Shown: positions 1-9,586, counted from the first letter of the stretch. The stretch: 43,972 bases of DNA from a virus (IMGVR_UViG_2681813201_000019); one strand, 5' to 3'. Notes: generated from the sequence alone by a model not told the origin. A program made the numbers and translations.

Positions 1-879
1 ATAACAATCGACGATTGCTGGAAAGGCTGGGCCATACTCCTCCGGCAGAAGCAGAAAAAGCTTATTATGCTTCCATCGGAAACGATGATCTGGCAGCCTG
101 AGTTCACAGATAAAACACTCTCCAGGAAACCCGGGGCGGTTCAACTTCGCGACATCACGGCAGGAGAACTAGAACAATATGCTGCTGGCTTACGGGAAAA
201 ATTACGTCCGTCAACAGTAAACCGTATCCTCGCAATATTGTCCAAAATATGCTCTCTGGCAGTACGTGCTGGATGGATCACGCATTCCCCGATGTCACAT
301 GTCCGCTATCTGAAAGAAAATAACATTCGCTATCGCACACTATCAGCGACAGAAATCCCGCGCTTTATTGACGCGGCAACAGCGCTGCAAACACCGGCAG
401 CTGATTCTATATTGCTTGCTCTTTATACGGGGATGCGTATTGGTGAGGTATGTACCCTGAAATGGGAGTACTGGCACCTGGATATGCATCAACTCATACT
501 GCCTGATACAAAGTCCGGACACCCTTTCACCTGCCCACTTGCACCTCCAGCCATTGCAGTTGTCCAGTGCCAGCAGGACCTGATGCTCAGCAAAACTTAC
601 ATTTTTCCGCGACTAACCGACAATGCCCGCCCTCTGGCATATCCGCGTGCAACCTTTGCCCGTATTTGCCGGGATGCCGACATTGATAACCTGCGGATGC
701 ATGACCTGCGCCGTACCTTTGCCACCCGGGTACTACAGGCGACCGGGGATATTGCAATCGCTTCCCATCTGCTAAATCACCATTCACTCACGGCGACCCG
801 TCGCTACGCTTTTCACAATGCAGCGACATCACACGCAGTGGTTTCTCAGGTCATTGAAAGTTATGACACGAAAAAATGA
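1..879 (+). CDS. Tyrosine recombinase/integrase, catalytic C-terminal domain (5'-partial; reading frame is open to base 1)
   Basis: Frame 1 is open from position 1; catalytic motifs MHDLRRTFATR and LLNHHSLTATRRYA (R..HxxR..Y) are typical of phage-integrase-family tyrosine recombinases. Confidence 0.8.
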   Translation: MTIDDCWKGWAILLRQKQKKLIMLPSETMIWQPEFTDKTLSRKPGAVQLRDITAGELEQYAAGLREKLRPSTVNRILAILSKICSLAVRAGWITHSPMSHVRYLKENNIRYRTLSATEIPRFIDAATALQTPAADSILLALYTGMRIGEVCTLKWEYWHLDMHQLILPDTKSGHPFTCPLAPPAIAVVQCQQDLMLSKTYIFPRLTDNARPLAYPRATFARICRDADIDNLRMHDLRRTFATRVLQATGDIAIASHLLNHHSLTATRRYAFHNAATSHAVVSQVIESYDTKK

Positions 880-1076
880 ACCAATGATCTGTGATTCGTG
901 AAAGCAGTTCGCAGAAAGATTTAATCTTTCTGCATCCACGGTTGCGTCAGATATTTCTCGCAATCCCGGAAAACTCCCGCCCTTCATCAGAATTGGGCGG
1001 GCTATACGATTCTCTCTTGACGATATTGTTGATTGGGAAAATGCACATCGTCAAAACAAACTTAAAGGTGATATAA

Positions 1077-1715
1077 ATGGTTACTAAGAACACGGAAAAT
1101 AACGCTAATAATGCACTGAACATTCTTCCCGAATCAGCAAGCACAGCTGTAGACAACGATGAAAAATATCTGTCCTTTGCATTAGTTCTCGCTATCACGA
1201 TTATGGGCAACTTAGTAAAGCTCATCGGCACAGATGGCTTCATACTTTATACCTACACCCTGCAGGACACGGCTACTGCTCGTGCTGTTTTTAATGAATT
1301 AGCCAGGCGTCTCAAAAATTTCAATCGTCAGGAGGAGGTCTACACCACCGATTCCCTCACCTTTCGAATGAAATACATTTACGGTGTTACCCTGTTCGAA
1401 CATGATAGTAAATCTATCCTTAACCTTTTTGATAAGAAGGGTTATCCAGTATTGAGTGAATCAGGAGAACCCGGTTCTCTTGATGATATGTATCTTGACA
1501 TTCAAGCCCGATTACATGGCGGCTACGCCTCAAAAAAGTTTCTTCATTTACATGAACATTGTCTGTTATCTGCACACGTTACCCCGTCTGTGGAAAAGAC
1601 GCAACGTGGTATCCTGATTAAAGCAGGCAGGAAACTCGTTTCCTTTATCTATGCAGATAATGAATCTCGCAAAAATGATATTTTCAAAGCTGTAGTAGAC
1701 GTCATTAAATCCTGA
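1077..1715 (+). CDS. Hypothetical protein (212 aa)
   Basis: Intact ORF between the recombinase and the polymerase, followed by a hairpin plus T-run; no motif recognised. Confidence 0.45.
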   Translation: MVTKNTENNANNALNILPESASTAVDNDEKYLSFALVLAITIMGNLVKLIGTDGFILYTYTLQDTATARAVFNELARRLKNFNRQEEVYTTDSLTFRMKYIYGVTLFEHDSKSILNLFDKKGYPVLSESGEPGSLDDMYLDIQARLHGGYASKKFLHLHEHCLLSAHVTPSVEKTQRGILIKAGRKLVSFIYADNESRKNDIFKAVVDVIKS

Positions 1716-1718
1716 TTC

Positions 1719-1755
1719 ATTATGCCGGGGGGGACGAACTCCCGGCATTTTTTCG
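1719..1755 (+). terminator. Putative rho-independent terminator
   Basis: GC-rich inverted repeat (tgccggg...cccggca) followed by a T-run, directly after the 1077..1715 stop. Confidence 0.45.
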
Positions 1756-1764
1756 GAGTTAACT

Positions 1765-4320
1765 ATGAGCAATAATTTGCAGGACATCCTCGCTGCCGCA
1801 TCGGGGTATCAGTCCGTGACTTCAGAGCCAGCGCTCAATCTTAAAAGACCTAAAACGCTTGATGATTATCCTGTGATACCACCTGCATCAAAAAAAGTAT
1901 CTGTTATTTCAAGTGACCTGACACTCCATATCGGTTTTGATACCGAATATGTTTTCAATCCTGAAACACAACAGAATGATATTCTGTCATATCAGAGTTA
2001 TGTTGTCTTACCCGATAATACAGGTATATCGAACATTATCTATCCACCTGACTCACAGAAAAAATCCCGGCTGTCTTTTAAGAACTTTCTCTGTCAAACG
2101 ATTACACCGCTTCTTGAAACGGGTGTGATTACAAAATGGCCCGGTATTATTAATATATATGCGCATTTCATTCGTGCGGATATCACCTCCTTTGCCAATT
2201 TCTGGTCAGACTACAAAATTCTTCTGAAAGGAATACGCGGTACTGTCAGCAGCTTCAAAAATCGTTACGGTATCGATTTTGATGAACAGCAGGAACGTCG
2301 CGTAAAGACTGAACAGATAATGTTTGACAAACGAACTTCCCCTCCGCGTTGCAGTAACGTAGCTTTCATCGATACACTGCTTATCACTCCCGGGGGTATG
2401 GGTCTGGCTGAATGTGGTGAATTACTGGGTCTTCCCAAACTGACCATTCCTGCACCTTATTCCATAACCAATATGCGTGAATATCTTCTGGGCGACAGAG
2501 CAGGGTTTGAAGCCTATGCTCTGCGGGATGCCGAGATTGCGGTTCGTTATGCTTTACAGGTTCGCAATTTTTGCGCCCGGGAGCTGATGATTGATCGTGT
2601 CCCCGCCACCATCGGGGCGATGGCAGTTTCACGGTTCACCAAAACACTTAAAGAAAACAATATGTCTCCTGAAGTCTGCCTTGGGACACACATTAAAACC
2701 CGTGAACTCTGGCTCACGGAGAAACAGGCATTCCGGACGATTAAAAACCCCGCCAGTGTTCCTTCAAGAGAGCTGTTTGAAACGTTCCCGATCAACTGTT
2801 ACCACGGCGGACGCAATGAGTGTTTTATGATGGGGGTTACACCGTCTGATCACTGGTATGACTACGATCTGGCTGGAGCGTATACCACCGGGCTATTAGA
2901 TATCCTCATACCCGATTACGGAAACATCCGCCTCAGTAAAAATCCGGACGATTACTGTGGGCATGTAATGGGATTTGCGTTTGTCACATTTCAGTTCCCG
3001 GAATCAGTTCCCTATCCCAGCCTGCCGGTTCGGACCGATCAATATGGGTTATTCTTTCCATTAAGTGGCGAATCATGGGCAACGGCACCTGAAATCGAAC
3101 TTGCTCTGTCGCTCGGGGCAGAGATGACGATCCATAATGGGATCATCGTCCCCTGGATCTGTGACACCTCCCCACATAACAGCGAATCAACATCGGTGTT
3201 TCTTCCCTTTGTTCAACAGGTCCGTGAGAACCGTAATCGCCATATTAAAGGTTCTCTGGAGGAGAAATTCTGGAAAGAAATTGGCAACTCGCTTTATGGC
3301 AAACTTGCTCAGGGCCTTCGCGCCAAAACCGCCTTTGATACTGCCCGTGGATTAAACAGATCCCTCCCACCATCATCGGTTACTCAGCCATTCTTTGCTG
3401 CGCATGTGACGGGATTTATCCGCGCCGTTGTCGGGGAACTCATGAATGCTTTGCCTTCTGATTCATCGGTTGTCAGCGTCACAACCGATGGCTTTTTGAC
3501 AAATTGCCCACTTAACAAGATAAACATGAGCGGTCCACTGTCTTCCCGCTTCCAGTCGCTGTGCGATATTGTTGATCCGGGTTCATCAATGTTGACATGT
3601 AAGCATGAGGTCAGCCAGCTTATCGCCATGAAAACCCGGGGGCAGTTAACCTATAGAGCTATTCAGGGAAAACCTGTTGTTCATGCCAGGGCTGGCGTCA
3701 AACCTCCTGCCGATATTCCACGCAGTGACTATAACGACTATATGGTAGATCTTTACCTTAATCGTTTACCCGGTCAGACGTTATCCCGAAGTACGTTGAT
3801 ATCAACGCGTGAGATGTGGCTGTCGGAAAGCGATCTGGTATCCCGGGAACAGGATATCCGTCTTAATCTGGAATTCGATTTCAAACGCCAGCCCGTACAG
3901 CCCGCCATGAATGAAGGGCATTTACTGATGTCTTCCCGCCCATGGGATAATATGGAAGAGGCTCTGCAGCAACGCTCTCTTTTCGACGACTGGCGGCAAA
4001 CGCATACACTGAAGACCCTGGCTGACTGGGATGACTGGTGTGATTTTCTCTATTGCCGGACGGTGTTTTCTGATATGAAACTAAAAGTCGGAAGCAAACG
4101 TAGTGATGATATTTTAGTCAGACTATTTCTCCGGGCGCTGACTCAGTGCCAATGGGGGCTTATGCTGAAAGATAAAAAAAGTTATTCCTGTAAAGAGGTT
4201 GCTGAATGGCTGACGTCAGAAGGCTATTCAGTAACATGTCAAAAAGCACCTGCTGGATCTCCCGGGCCCGAAGGTCGCAGTAACGTATCTTCCCCAGACG
4301 AGGTTCAATGTATTGCGTGA
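1765..4320 (+). CDS. Family-B DNA polymerase, piPolB-like (primer-independent PolB of pipolins)
   Basis: 851 aa; Exo I-like HIGFDTEY, motif A-like YDYDLAGAY, motif B KEIGNSLYGKLAQ (Kx3NSxYG), motif C-like VSVTTDGF, and KTRG in AMKTRGQ; lies beside a recombinase and a UDG-like gene at a tRNA-Leu att site. Confidence 0.8.
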   Translation: MSNNLQDILAAASGYQSVTSEPALNLKRPKTLDDYPVIPPASKKVSVISSDLTLHIGFDTEYVFNPETQQNDILSYQSYVVLPDNTGISNIIYPPDSQKKSRLSFKNFLCQTITPLLETGVITKWPGIINIYAHFIRADITSFANFWSDYKILLKGIRGTVSSFKNRYGIDFDEQQERRVKTEQIMFDKRTSPPRCSNVAFIDTLLITPGGMGLAECGELLGLPKLTIPAPYSITNMREYLLGDRAGFEAYALRDAEIAVRYALQVRNFCARELMIDRVPATIGAMAVSRFTKTLKENNMSPEVCLGTHIKTRELWLTEKQAFRTIKNPASVPSRELFETFPINCYHGGRNECFMMGVTPSDHWYDYDLAGAYTTGLLDILIPDYGNIRLSKNPDDYCGHVMGFAFVTFQFPESVPYPSLPVRTDQYGLFFPLSGESWATAPEIELALSLGAEMTIHNGIIVPWICDTSPHNSESTSVFLPFVQQVRENRNRHIKGSLEEKFWKEIGNSLYGKLAQGLRAKTAFDTARGLNRSLPPSSVTQPFFAAHVTGFIRAVVGELMNALPSDSSVVSVTTDGFLTNCPLNKINMSGPLSSRFQSLCDIVDPGSSMLTCKHEVSQLIAMKTRGQLTYRAIQGKPVVHARAGVKPPADIPRSDYNDYMVDLYLNRLPGQTLSRSTLISTREMWLSESDLVSREQDIRLNLEFDFKRQPVQPAMNEGHLLMSSRPWDNMEEALQQRSLFDDWRQTHTLKTLADWDDWCDFLYCRTVFSDMKLKVGSKRSDDILVRLFLRALTQCQWGLMLKDKKSYSCKEVAEWLTSEGYSVTCQKAPAGSPGPEGRSNVSSPDEVQCIA

Positions 4321-4738
4321 AACGCTGAACATCCTTATCCCAGGACTTTTTATGGCGTTTGATGAACGGAACATAGGTCTGGTGAAAAAACTCACTAAGT
4401 GTTGGCATCGCACGATAATTATCGCGTTCTGCTTTAGGGTCATTTCCCAGTGCAATCGCCTCCTTGTGACGACGAGCTATCTGACGGGCTGTCCCCACAT
4501 CGATTTCAGGGAATCTGCCAATACTGATACTTTTTTTGGTACCGTGGAATGTGTAGCGCAGGAGGAAACGTTTGTTACCCGTTCGACCTGAGAGACATTT
4601 GAGGCCTATGACCTCGGTATCTGATACCTCAAGCTCTGTAGATCGGGTATCTGTGTTTGCCGGAAGGGCTTTGATGGATGAATTGGTGAATCGGAAGGAT
4701 TTTTGCATATTTATCCTCATGTATCTGATTGATATCAT
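4160..4738 (-). pseudogene. P4-type integrase N-terminal fragment (arm-binding and N-terminal domains only, catalytic domain missing)
   Basis: N-terminal region resembles the P4-like integrase arm-binding/SAM-like domain (LLRYTFHGTKKSISIGRFPEIDVGTARQIARRHKEAIALGNDP... FTQYIEPRLGKIRYCDLRAREIQQVLFDML); sequence then degenerates and the ORF runs into the convergent 3' end of the polymerase gene; no R..HxxR..Y domain. Confidence 0.55.
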
Positions 4739-4788
4739 GAAAATAATATATATCTGAAGGTGTTTTTATTACGGGGCAGGATTGAAGA

Positions 4789-5529
4789 ATGGAAAAGCTA
4801 TTAGACGCGTACAAACGGATATTGCAGGAAGTTAACGCCCAGTCATTTAACCTGAATGAGGATAAATACTCAGGCGTCTTTTTACCCGTGCCGTTTGAAG
4901 AATACTGGCATTCACCGATAAAAATCATGCTGGTTGGACGTGAAACCGCAGGCTGGAATACGCTGAATGGTAAGAATACGATATCACGGGTGTTGGGACT
5001 TATACCTGACGTCACCATCGGGCAAGTGGTTGAAGAAGCTGTAGATCGTTACAGGAAACATCTTCCGGTACAAAATTATGGCACCGCCAACCTCAAATCA
5101 CGTAGCCGCTTCACGCAATATCATTTCAGGCTGGCCCGGGAGCTTAATATTCTTCCCCAGGCAATCGTGTATGCCAATCTACTGGCGTGGGATTACGACG
5201 GACTGACCCCTCTCAATCGCCCTCAAAATGAAGTGCAGGAAGTCATATTAGCCTCGCTGAAGCTACTGGCGGTACAAATTAAACACCTTGAGCCTGATTT
5301 CATCATCTTTGCATCTGGAGCCCGGAGAACAGACTACATCATAAAACAGGTGCTTACTGAGCTAGGCGGCTATGAGACTTCTTCAGTCATTCCGGGGAAG
5401 CTGTGGGAGTTCAAAACAGGTAATACAATCTGTTTCAGAATTGCCCATCCAAGGGCTATGCGCGGACACCAGAAGTACAGAGATGAGGTGATTGCACGAA
5501 TTAAGCAACTTTGTACTCAGGGTGGCTAG
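4789..5529 (+). CDS. Uracil-DNA-glycosylase-like protein (family-4-like)
   Basis: N-terminal IMLVGRETAGW resembles the UDG GE(A/G)PG motif region and C-terminal FRIAHPRAMRGH resembles the HPS motif region; assignment by motif resemblance only. Confidence 0.45.
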   Translation: MEKLLDAYKRILQEVNAQSFNLNEDKYSGVFLPVPFEEYWHSPIKIMLVGRETAGWNTLNGKNTISRVLGLIPDVTIGQVVEEAVDRYRKHLPVQNYGTANLKSRSRFTQYHFRLARELNILPQAIVYANLLAWDYDGLTPLNRPQNEVQEVILASLKLLAVQIKHLEPDFIIFASGARRTDYIIKQVLTELGGYETSSVIPGKLWEFKTGNTICFRIAHPRAMRGHQKYRDEVIARIKQLCTQGG

Positions 5530-5702
5530 AGCATTACAGCTTGCTCAGCAGGGCCCCTTCCCGGAAGAGTACCGGAAAACAGGCAAAGCAACCTGGTTCT
5601 CTATGCTGGAGGCGACACGTTCGATTCGGCATTGCCAGGCTGGAGATTGCAGCTCATTGCACCCCGTGAGCACAGGATATGCACAGGACATGAATTTCAG
5701 GC

Positions 5703-5826
5703 ACAAAAAAACCACCCGGAGGTGGTTTCACGACACTGCTTATTGCTTTGATTTTATTCTTATCTTTCCCATGGTACCCGGAGCGGGACTTGAACCCGCA
5801 CAGCGCGAACGCCGAGGGATTTTAAA
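5703..5826. repeat. att direct repeat, left copy (3' 55 nt of leuZ plus 69 bp of downstream terminator region; not a complete tRNA)
   Basis: 124 bp identical, apart from 1 mismatch, to 42902..43025; identity ends exactly at the tRNA anticodon-loop position. Confidence 0.85.
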
Positions 5827-5932
5827 AACTATCAACCACCATTTATAAATCATAACCTTATGATTTTATTAACTTTGAAAATGGCTCTATACAACGCCAT
5901 TTGAATCTATTGTCACTTTTTATCGCCACTTT

Positions 5933-6934
5933 TTACCCTCTATTGTCAAAAGGGTTCAATTCAACAGCAGCCTCTAAATGACCTGGAGCAAAATGCGCAT
6001 AACGCATAGTCATTTTTATATCGCTATGCCCCAGTATTTTTTGCAACACAAGAATATTTCCGCCCCGCATCATAAAATGACTGGCAAACGTGTGACGTAG
6101 CACATGAGTTAATTGCCCATCAGGAAGCTCGATCTTCGCTCTCTTAATTGCAGCGTCAAAAGCCTCATAACATGGTGAAAATAGCGCTCCTCGTTTTTTG
6201 GGAAGCATAGCCTGCAATTGAGGTGAAATCGGTACAGTGCGGTTCTTCTTTCCTTTAGTTTTAACAAATGTGATTCGACCGGGCAGTACTTGAGATTGCT
6301 TTAATCCTTCTGCTTCACTCCACCGAGCACCAGTCGCAAGCCCAATACGGACAACAACCCCCAAATCTTTATTCCGTGACTCATCACACGCAATCAGAAG
6401 GCGTTCAATCTCATCTACATACAGAAACGCCAGTTCCTTTTCTTCCTCACGAAACTTGCGAATACCAGTCAGGGGGTTTTCACCAGACCACTCCCCAAGG
6501 CGCTTCAGTTCGGCAAAAACAGCATGTAGATATGACTGCTCGCGATTAACGGTTGCTTCACTAAGTTTTTTCTTCCCCTTGGGATTCCATTCTCCTGATA
6601 GCCTTCTTTCCCGATAAGTGGCAAACATATTTTTGTCAAACTGAGAAGCAAATGGATCTCCCAGCCTGGAACAAATCGCCTCAAGTTTGACTTTGCGCTC
6701 TGCACCAGAGGACAAGGTTTTACCGTACATCTCAAACCAACGAGCAATCAACTCAGAAAGACGAGGACCAGAACCATCTTGAAACTCGTCTCCAACTCTA
6801 CTATTCATTAAACGGCGCTCATAAGAGAGCGCCTCACTTTTTGTCGCAAACTGTTTACGAATGCGTTTTCCCGATGCCCCGTAGGGATAACATTCGCAAA
6901 GCCATTTACCTGATGGAATCTTACGAACCGACAT
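5933..6934 (-). CDS. int: Phage integrase (P2 Int family tyrosine recombinase)
   Basis: 333 aa; TGARWSEAEGLK, ITFVKTKGKKNRTVPIS and THVLRHTFASHFMMRGGNILVLQKILGHSDIKMTMRYAHF closely resemble P2 Int; lies about 100 bp from the att repeat. Confidence 0.9.
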   Translation of the reverse strand: MSVRKIPSGKWLCECYPYGASGKRIRKQFATKSEALSYERRLMNSRVGDEFQDGSGPRLSELIARWFEMYGKTLSSGAERKVKLEAICSRLGDPFASQFDKNMFATYRERRLSGEWNPKGKKKLSEATVNREQSYLHAVFAELKRLGEWSGENPLTGIRKFREEEKELAFLYVDEIERLLIACDESRNKDLGVVVRIGLATGARWSEAEGLKQSQVLPGRITFVKTKGKKNRTVPISPQLQAMLPKKRGALFSPCYEAFDAAIKRAKIELPDGQLTHVLRHTFASHFMMRGGNILVLQKILGHSDIKMTMRYAHFAPGHLEAAVELNPFDNRG

Positions 6935-6939
6935 TTTAG

Positions 6940-7287
6940 TTACTTATCACATAAATCAAATGCAGCCTTAGTGACATCCCCTAGGCTCTTTTTTAACCCT
7001 GGGGCGGCATCATTATCTAGCCAAAATGGATTATTGTTATCTAACGGTAACGCACCAAATGTTTTACCTTTTATTCGAGCCAAACCTGTAAGTGCATATA
7101 ACTTATTATCGTCAAAATTCATCACATAAGGATTACCATCAAGACACTGTAATTGAACCTCATCAGTATTAAATGGCCATACCCCATTGAAACTCTCACG
7201 TTCAATAGTTTTAAAAGGCATTGCGACGGCGGAAAAAGAAAACATAGATAAAAAAGTAACTAATAGTTGAACCTTTTTTACTTTCAT
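6940..7287 (-). CDS. Small secreted protein of unknown function (predicted signal peptide)
   Basis: N-terminus MKVKKVQLLVTFLSMFSFSAVA is signal-peptide-like; sits in the int to repressor cargo position. Confidence 0.5.
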   Translation of the reverse strand: MKVKKVQLLVTFLSMFSFSAVAMPFKTIERESFNGVWPFNTDEVQLQCLDGNPYVMNFDDNKLYALTGLARIKGKTFGALPLDNNNPFWLDNDAAPGLKKSLGDVTKAAFDLCDK

Positions 7288-7316
7288 ATCATTACCTCAA
7301 TTTAGCTCAAGTAAGA

Positions 7317-7967
7317 TTACAAATTAAAAAACGCCCTAGAAATGACACCGCCTACCAAAACCCCTACGCAGATAAAGAATATTATTTCTTTTGGATAAAG
7401 TCGGATTAATTCTGAAGCACGAAGTCGGACTTCTGGTAAGGTCGAACTCTCTGTGTGGCTTGATGCCGATTGTTGCTCTAACCACGACAATGCAGACTGT
7501 AACTGAGAACGAGTAAGATCGTTTAAACGTCCTGTACCGAAATTGATATGGCAATACCGCAGAAGTTTTTGTCGAAGTCCACAGTCTTCACTGTTACGTA
7601 GTAATAAACTTACAAGAGCCTTACAGGCATCATGATCTTTACATCGCTCAAGCATTGCATGCAGAAAACTCTCCGCTGTTTTATATTGATTTACTGTCAT
7701 ATCATCAATACCAGCTACACCAATCTCCGCATGTACTTTTTGCCAAATAATAAACGCTTCAGTATTGCTAGCTTCTGCAATAGCAGCAACCAAGCTATTC
7801 AGCTCCTTACGCTGAGCCTTAAGCAAAGGGCGATCGTCATCATCATTATTCGAAGGGATTGCGATATTGACGGTATGAGAACCATCATATCGCTCTATCT
7901 GAATATTCTTTTCGTGAAAATCACGCCCAGCAACGCGATTGTTTGAACCGTTTGAGTTGACGGCCAT
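7317..7967 (-). CDS. Hypothetical membrane-anchored protein (216 aa)
   Basis: C-terminal hydrophobic segment IIFFICVGVLVGGVI; N-terminal motif NNRVAGRDF resembles the C-terminal tail of the adjacent repressor. Confidence 0.45.
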   Translation of the reverse strand: MAVNSNGSNNRVAGRDFHEKNIQIERYDGSHTVNIAIPSNNDDDDRPLLKAQRKELNSLVAAIAEASNTEAFIIWQKVHAEIGVAGIDDMTVNQYKTAESFLHAMLERCKDHDACKALVSLLLRNSEDCGLRQKLLRYCHINFGTGRLNDLTRSQLQSALSWLEQQSASSHTESSTLPEVRLRASELIRLYPKEIIFFICVGVLVGGVISRAFFNL

Positions 7968-7982
7968 GTCACCTCCCTACTA

Positions 7983-8387
7983 TCACCTACCCTTAGTTTC
8001 GTTATAGTCACGACCAGCGATACGGTTATTACCACCAGAAATATTTAACTCACGTCCTGATAGCTGAGTTTCCTTTTCACTGATCGCACCTTTTAAAGCC
8101 CCAATCACCGCGTTTTTCACATCTAACGAAGCTGCTCGAAAGCGAGTAATCAACTCCTGCTCATCATCGTTATAAGTTTCAGGTGAGTGAATTCCCAACA
8201 CAACATACTGAACATCAAGGCCAAAACGAGACAGCGCTGCCAAATACGCAGCATCAGGAAAGCTATCTCCTTTCTCATATCTAAGCTGAGTTAGCTTTTT
8301 GACTCCACCAATGTCGCTCATGGCAACTTGACTAAGTCCCAATCTTTCCCTTTCCTCACGCAACCGCTGACCAATATCATTTTTCAT
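7983..8387 (-). CDS. Immunity repressor, XRE-family HTH (C/CI-like)
   Basis: N-terminal HTH (QRLREERERLGLSQVAMSDIGGVKKLTQLRYEKGDSFP); divergent from the early operon, the usual P2/186 immunity layout. Confidence 0.75.
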   Translation of the reverse strand: MKNDIGQRLREERERLGLSQVAMSDIGGVKKLTQLRYEKGDSFPDAAYLAALSRFGLDVQYVVLGIHSPETYNDDEQELITRFRAASLDVKNAVIGALKGAISEKETQLSGRELNISGGNNRIAGRDYNETKGR

Positions 8388-8462
8388 ACAAAAACCTTGA
8401 CAGGTATCTTTTTTGATACCAAAATGATTTCACGAGCTATTAGATGATCACAATATACCACT
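8388..8462. promoter_or_regulatory. Divergent early promoter/operator region between the repressor and the cox-like gene
   Basis: TTGACA -35-like hexamer followed by the palindrome GGTATC-tttttt-GATACC, plus a second TGATCA palindrome; position matches the Pe/Pc switch region of P2-like phages. Confidence 0.5.
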
Positions 8463-8669
8463 ATGAAACAAGTTCTTCACGATACCAGATCACGCATTCC
8501 GCGTAACACCGCCACAGGTCCAAGACTGGCACTTCGGCTGTCCCTCGAGGAGCGAGCCGTCATTGATGAAATGGCAGCTAAAGAACAACGCTCATCCTCT
8601 AACATGGCGCGCATGATCTTCCTTCGCGGCCTAGAGCTAACCCAGAAAGAACAAAACAAATCTTCCTGA
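8463..8669 (+). CDS. Small early regulatory protein (possible ribbon-helix-helix)
   Basis: 68 aa; first gene of the rightward early operon; RLALRLSLEERAVIDEMAAKE is RHH-like. Confidence 0.4.
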   Translation: MKQVLHDTRSRIPRNTATGPRLALRLSLEERAVIDEMAAKEQRSSSNMARMIFLRGLELTQKEQNKSS

Positions 8670-8685
8670 TCAGGAGGCTAGTGGG

Positions 8686-8889
8686 ATGTCAGGTATAACC
8701 ATCAATATCAATGTGAATGCCCCCTATGTATCCCTGCAGAAATATGCAGAGATAACAGGTATCCCTCTTAATACATGCAAAAAGATGTTGGCTGACGGTC
8801 GAATTATTATCCGCCCCAAACGCGCCAAAATGGAAAAGCCTGAAGTAAACCTTGTGGCGATGTTAAAAGACGCTTTGGCTAACAGCTAA
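8686..8889 (+). CDS. Cox/excisionase-like HTH protein
   Basis: 67 aa; YVSLQKYAEITGIPLNTCKKMLADGRIII resembles the Cox/AlpA HTH; position matches cox/apl. Confidence 0.5.
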   Translation: MSGITININVNAPYVSLQKYAEITGIPLNTCKKMLADGRIIIRPKRAKMEKPEVNLVAMLKDALANS

Positions 8890-8910
8890 AACAATGAACA
8901 GAGCACCATC

Positions 8911-9261
8911 ATGAAAAAAAACGCTAATAATCCATACTCCAAATTTCGTAATGGCGTAGAACGCCATGTACACCACGTCGCTACCAGTGCATCACGTAGT
9001 AACAGTCGCTATAACCTGAACGAAACACACGCAACACCGGATGGCCACGCTGTAAAACAAATCGGCGAGCATACCTGGCTGATTGAGAAAGCTGGAATCG
9101 TGGTCCACAAATGCCCACGCAATCCGTTTACCGGAAACCGCATTTTTGCATTGAGCTGCGGAGACAATCACTTCGGACAGGATTTCACATTATACGAAGC
9201 ACTTCGCACGGTTGATCGTCTGCTTCGCGGGCAAAGTTTTATTAAACAGGCTGATTTATAA
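8911..9261 (+). CDS. Hypothetical early protein
   Basis: 116-aa ORF in the early operon. Confidence 0.4.
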   Translation: MKKNANNPYSKFRNGVERHVHHVATSASRSNSRYNLNETHATPDGHAVKQIGEHTWLIEKAGIVVHKCPRNPFTGNRIFALSCGDNHFGQDFTLYEALRTVDRLLRGQSFIKQADL

Positions 9262-9271
9262 CAGGTGCTTT

Positions 9272-9586
9272 ATGACCAAAGAGCATGCACAAGGTGTATT
9301 TATCCGTTTTATTGATTTTCGCGGTGAACTGTTATTACGCGCATCCGCTATTGATGGAGTGGCTCCGGCGGGTAAAAACGGAGCCGACGAAGCCACTTAC
9401 GTTTATCTGAACGGCACGCGACTGCTTGTGGAACTTCCGTACCAGACCGTACGAGAAATCATTAGTGAAGCTGAAAAGGCACGCCTGGCTAATGGCGTGA
9501 ACCCTATATCGAAATTATTTGTATGGATTCAGAAACTGAAATTCAGAAAGCAGATTAAAGGGCGTTGCGATGGGCAAAGAATATAA
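9272..9586 (+). CDS. Hypothetical early protein (start taken at internal ATG, MTKEHAQGV...)
   Basis: ORF 9212..9586; the internal Met avoids overlap with the preceding gene. Confidence 0.4.
   Translation: MTKEHAQGVFIRFIDFRGELLLRASAIDGVAPAGKNGADEATYVYLNGTRLLVELPYQTVREIISEAEKARLANGVNPISKLFVWIQKLKFRKQIKGRCDGQRI

Larger units (their letters stand above)
1..5702. mobile_element. Pipolin-like integrative element (right-hand part only; left boundary lies outside the window)
   Basis: Tyrosine recombinase, family-B DNA polymerase and UDG-like gene, bounded on the right by a direct repeat carrying the leuZ 3' end. Confidence 0.6.

Noticed and set aside
5753-5826. Possible second tRNA-Leu gene
   Set aside because: Only the 3' 55 nt of leuZ are present (identity ends in the anticodon loop), so it is an att remnant and not a functional tRNA
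5492-5848. 118-aa ORF running through the att repeat and tRNA-Leu fragment
   Set aside because: It is a translation of the tRNA fragment and its terminator; no ribosome-binding site or coding signature
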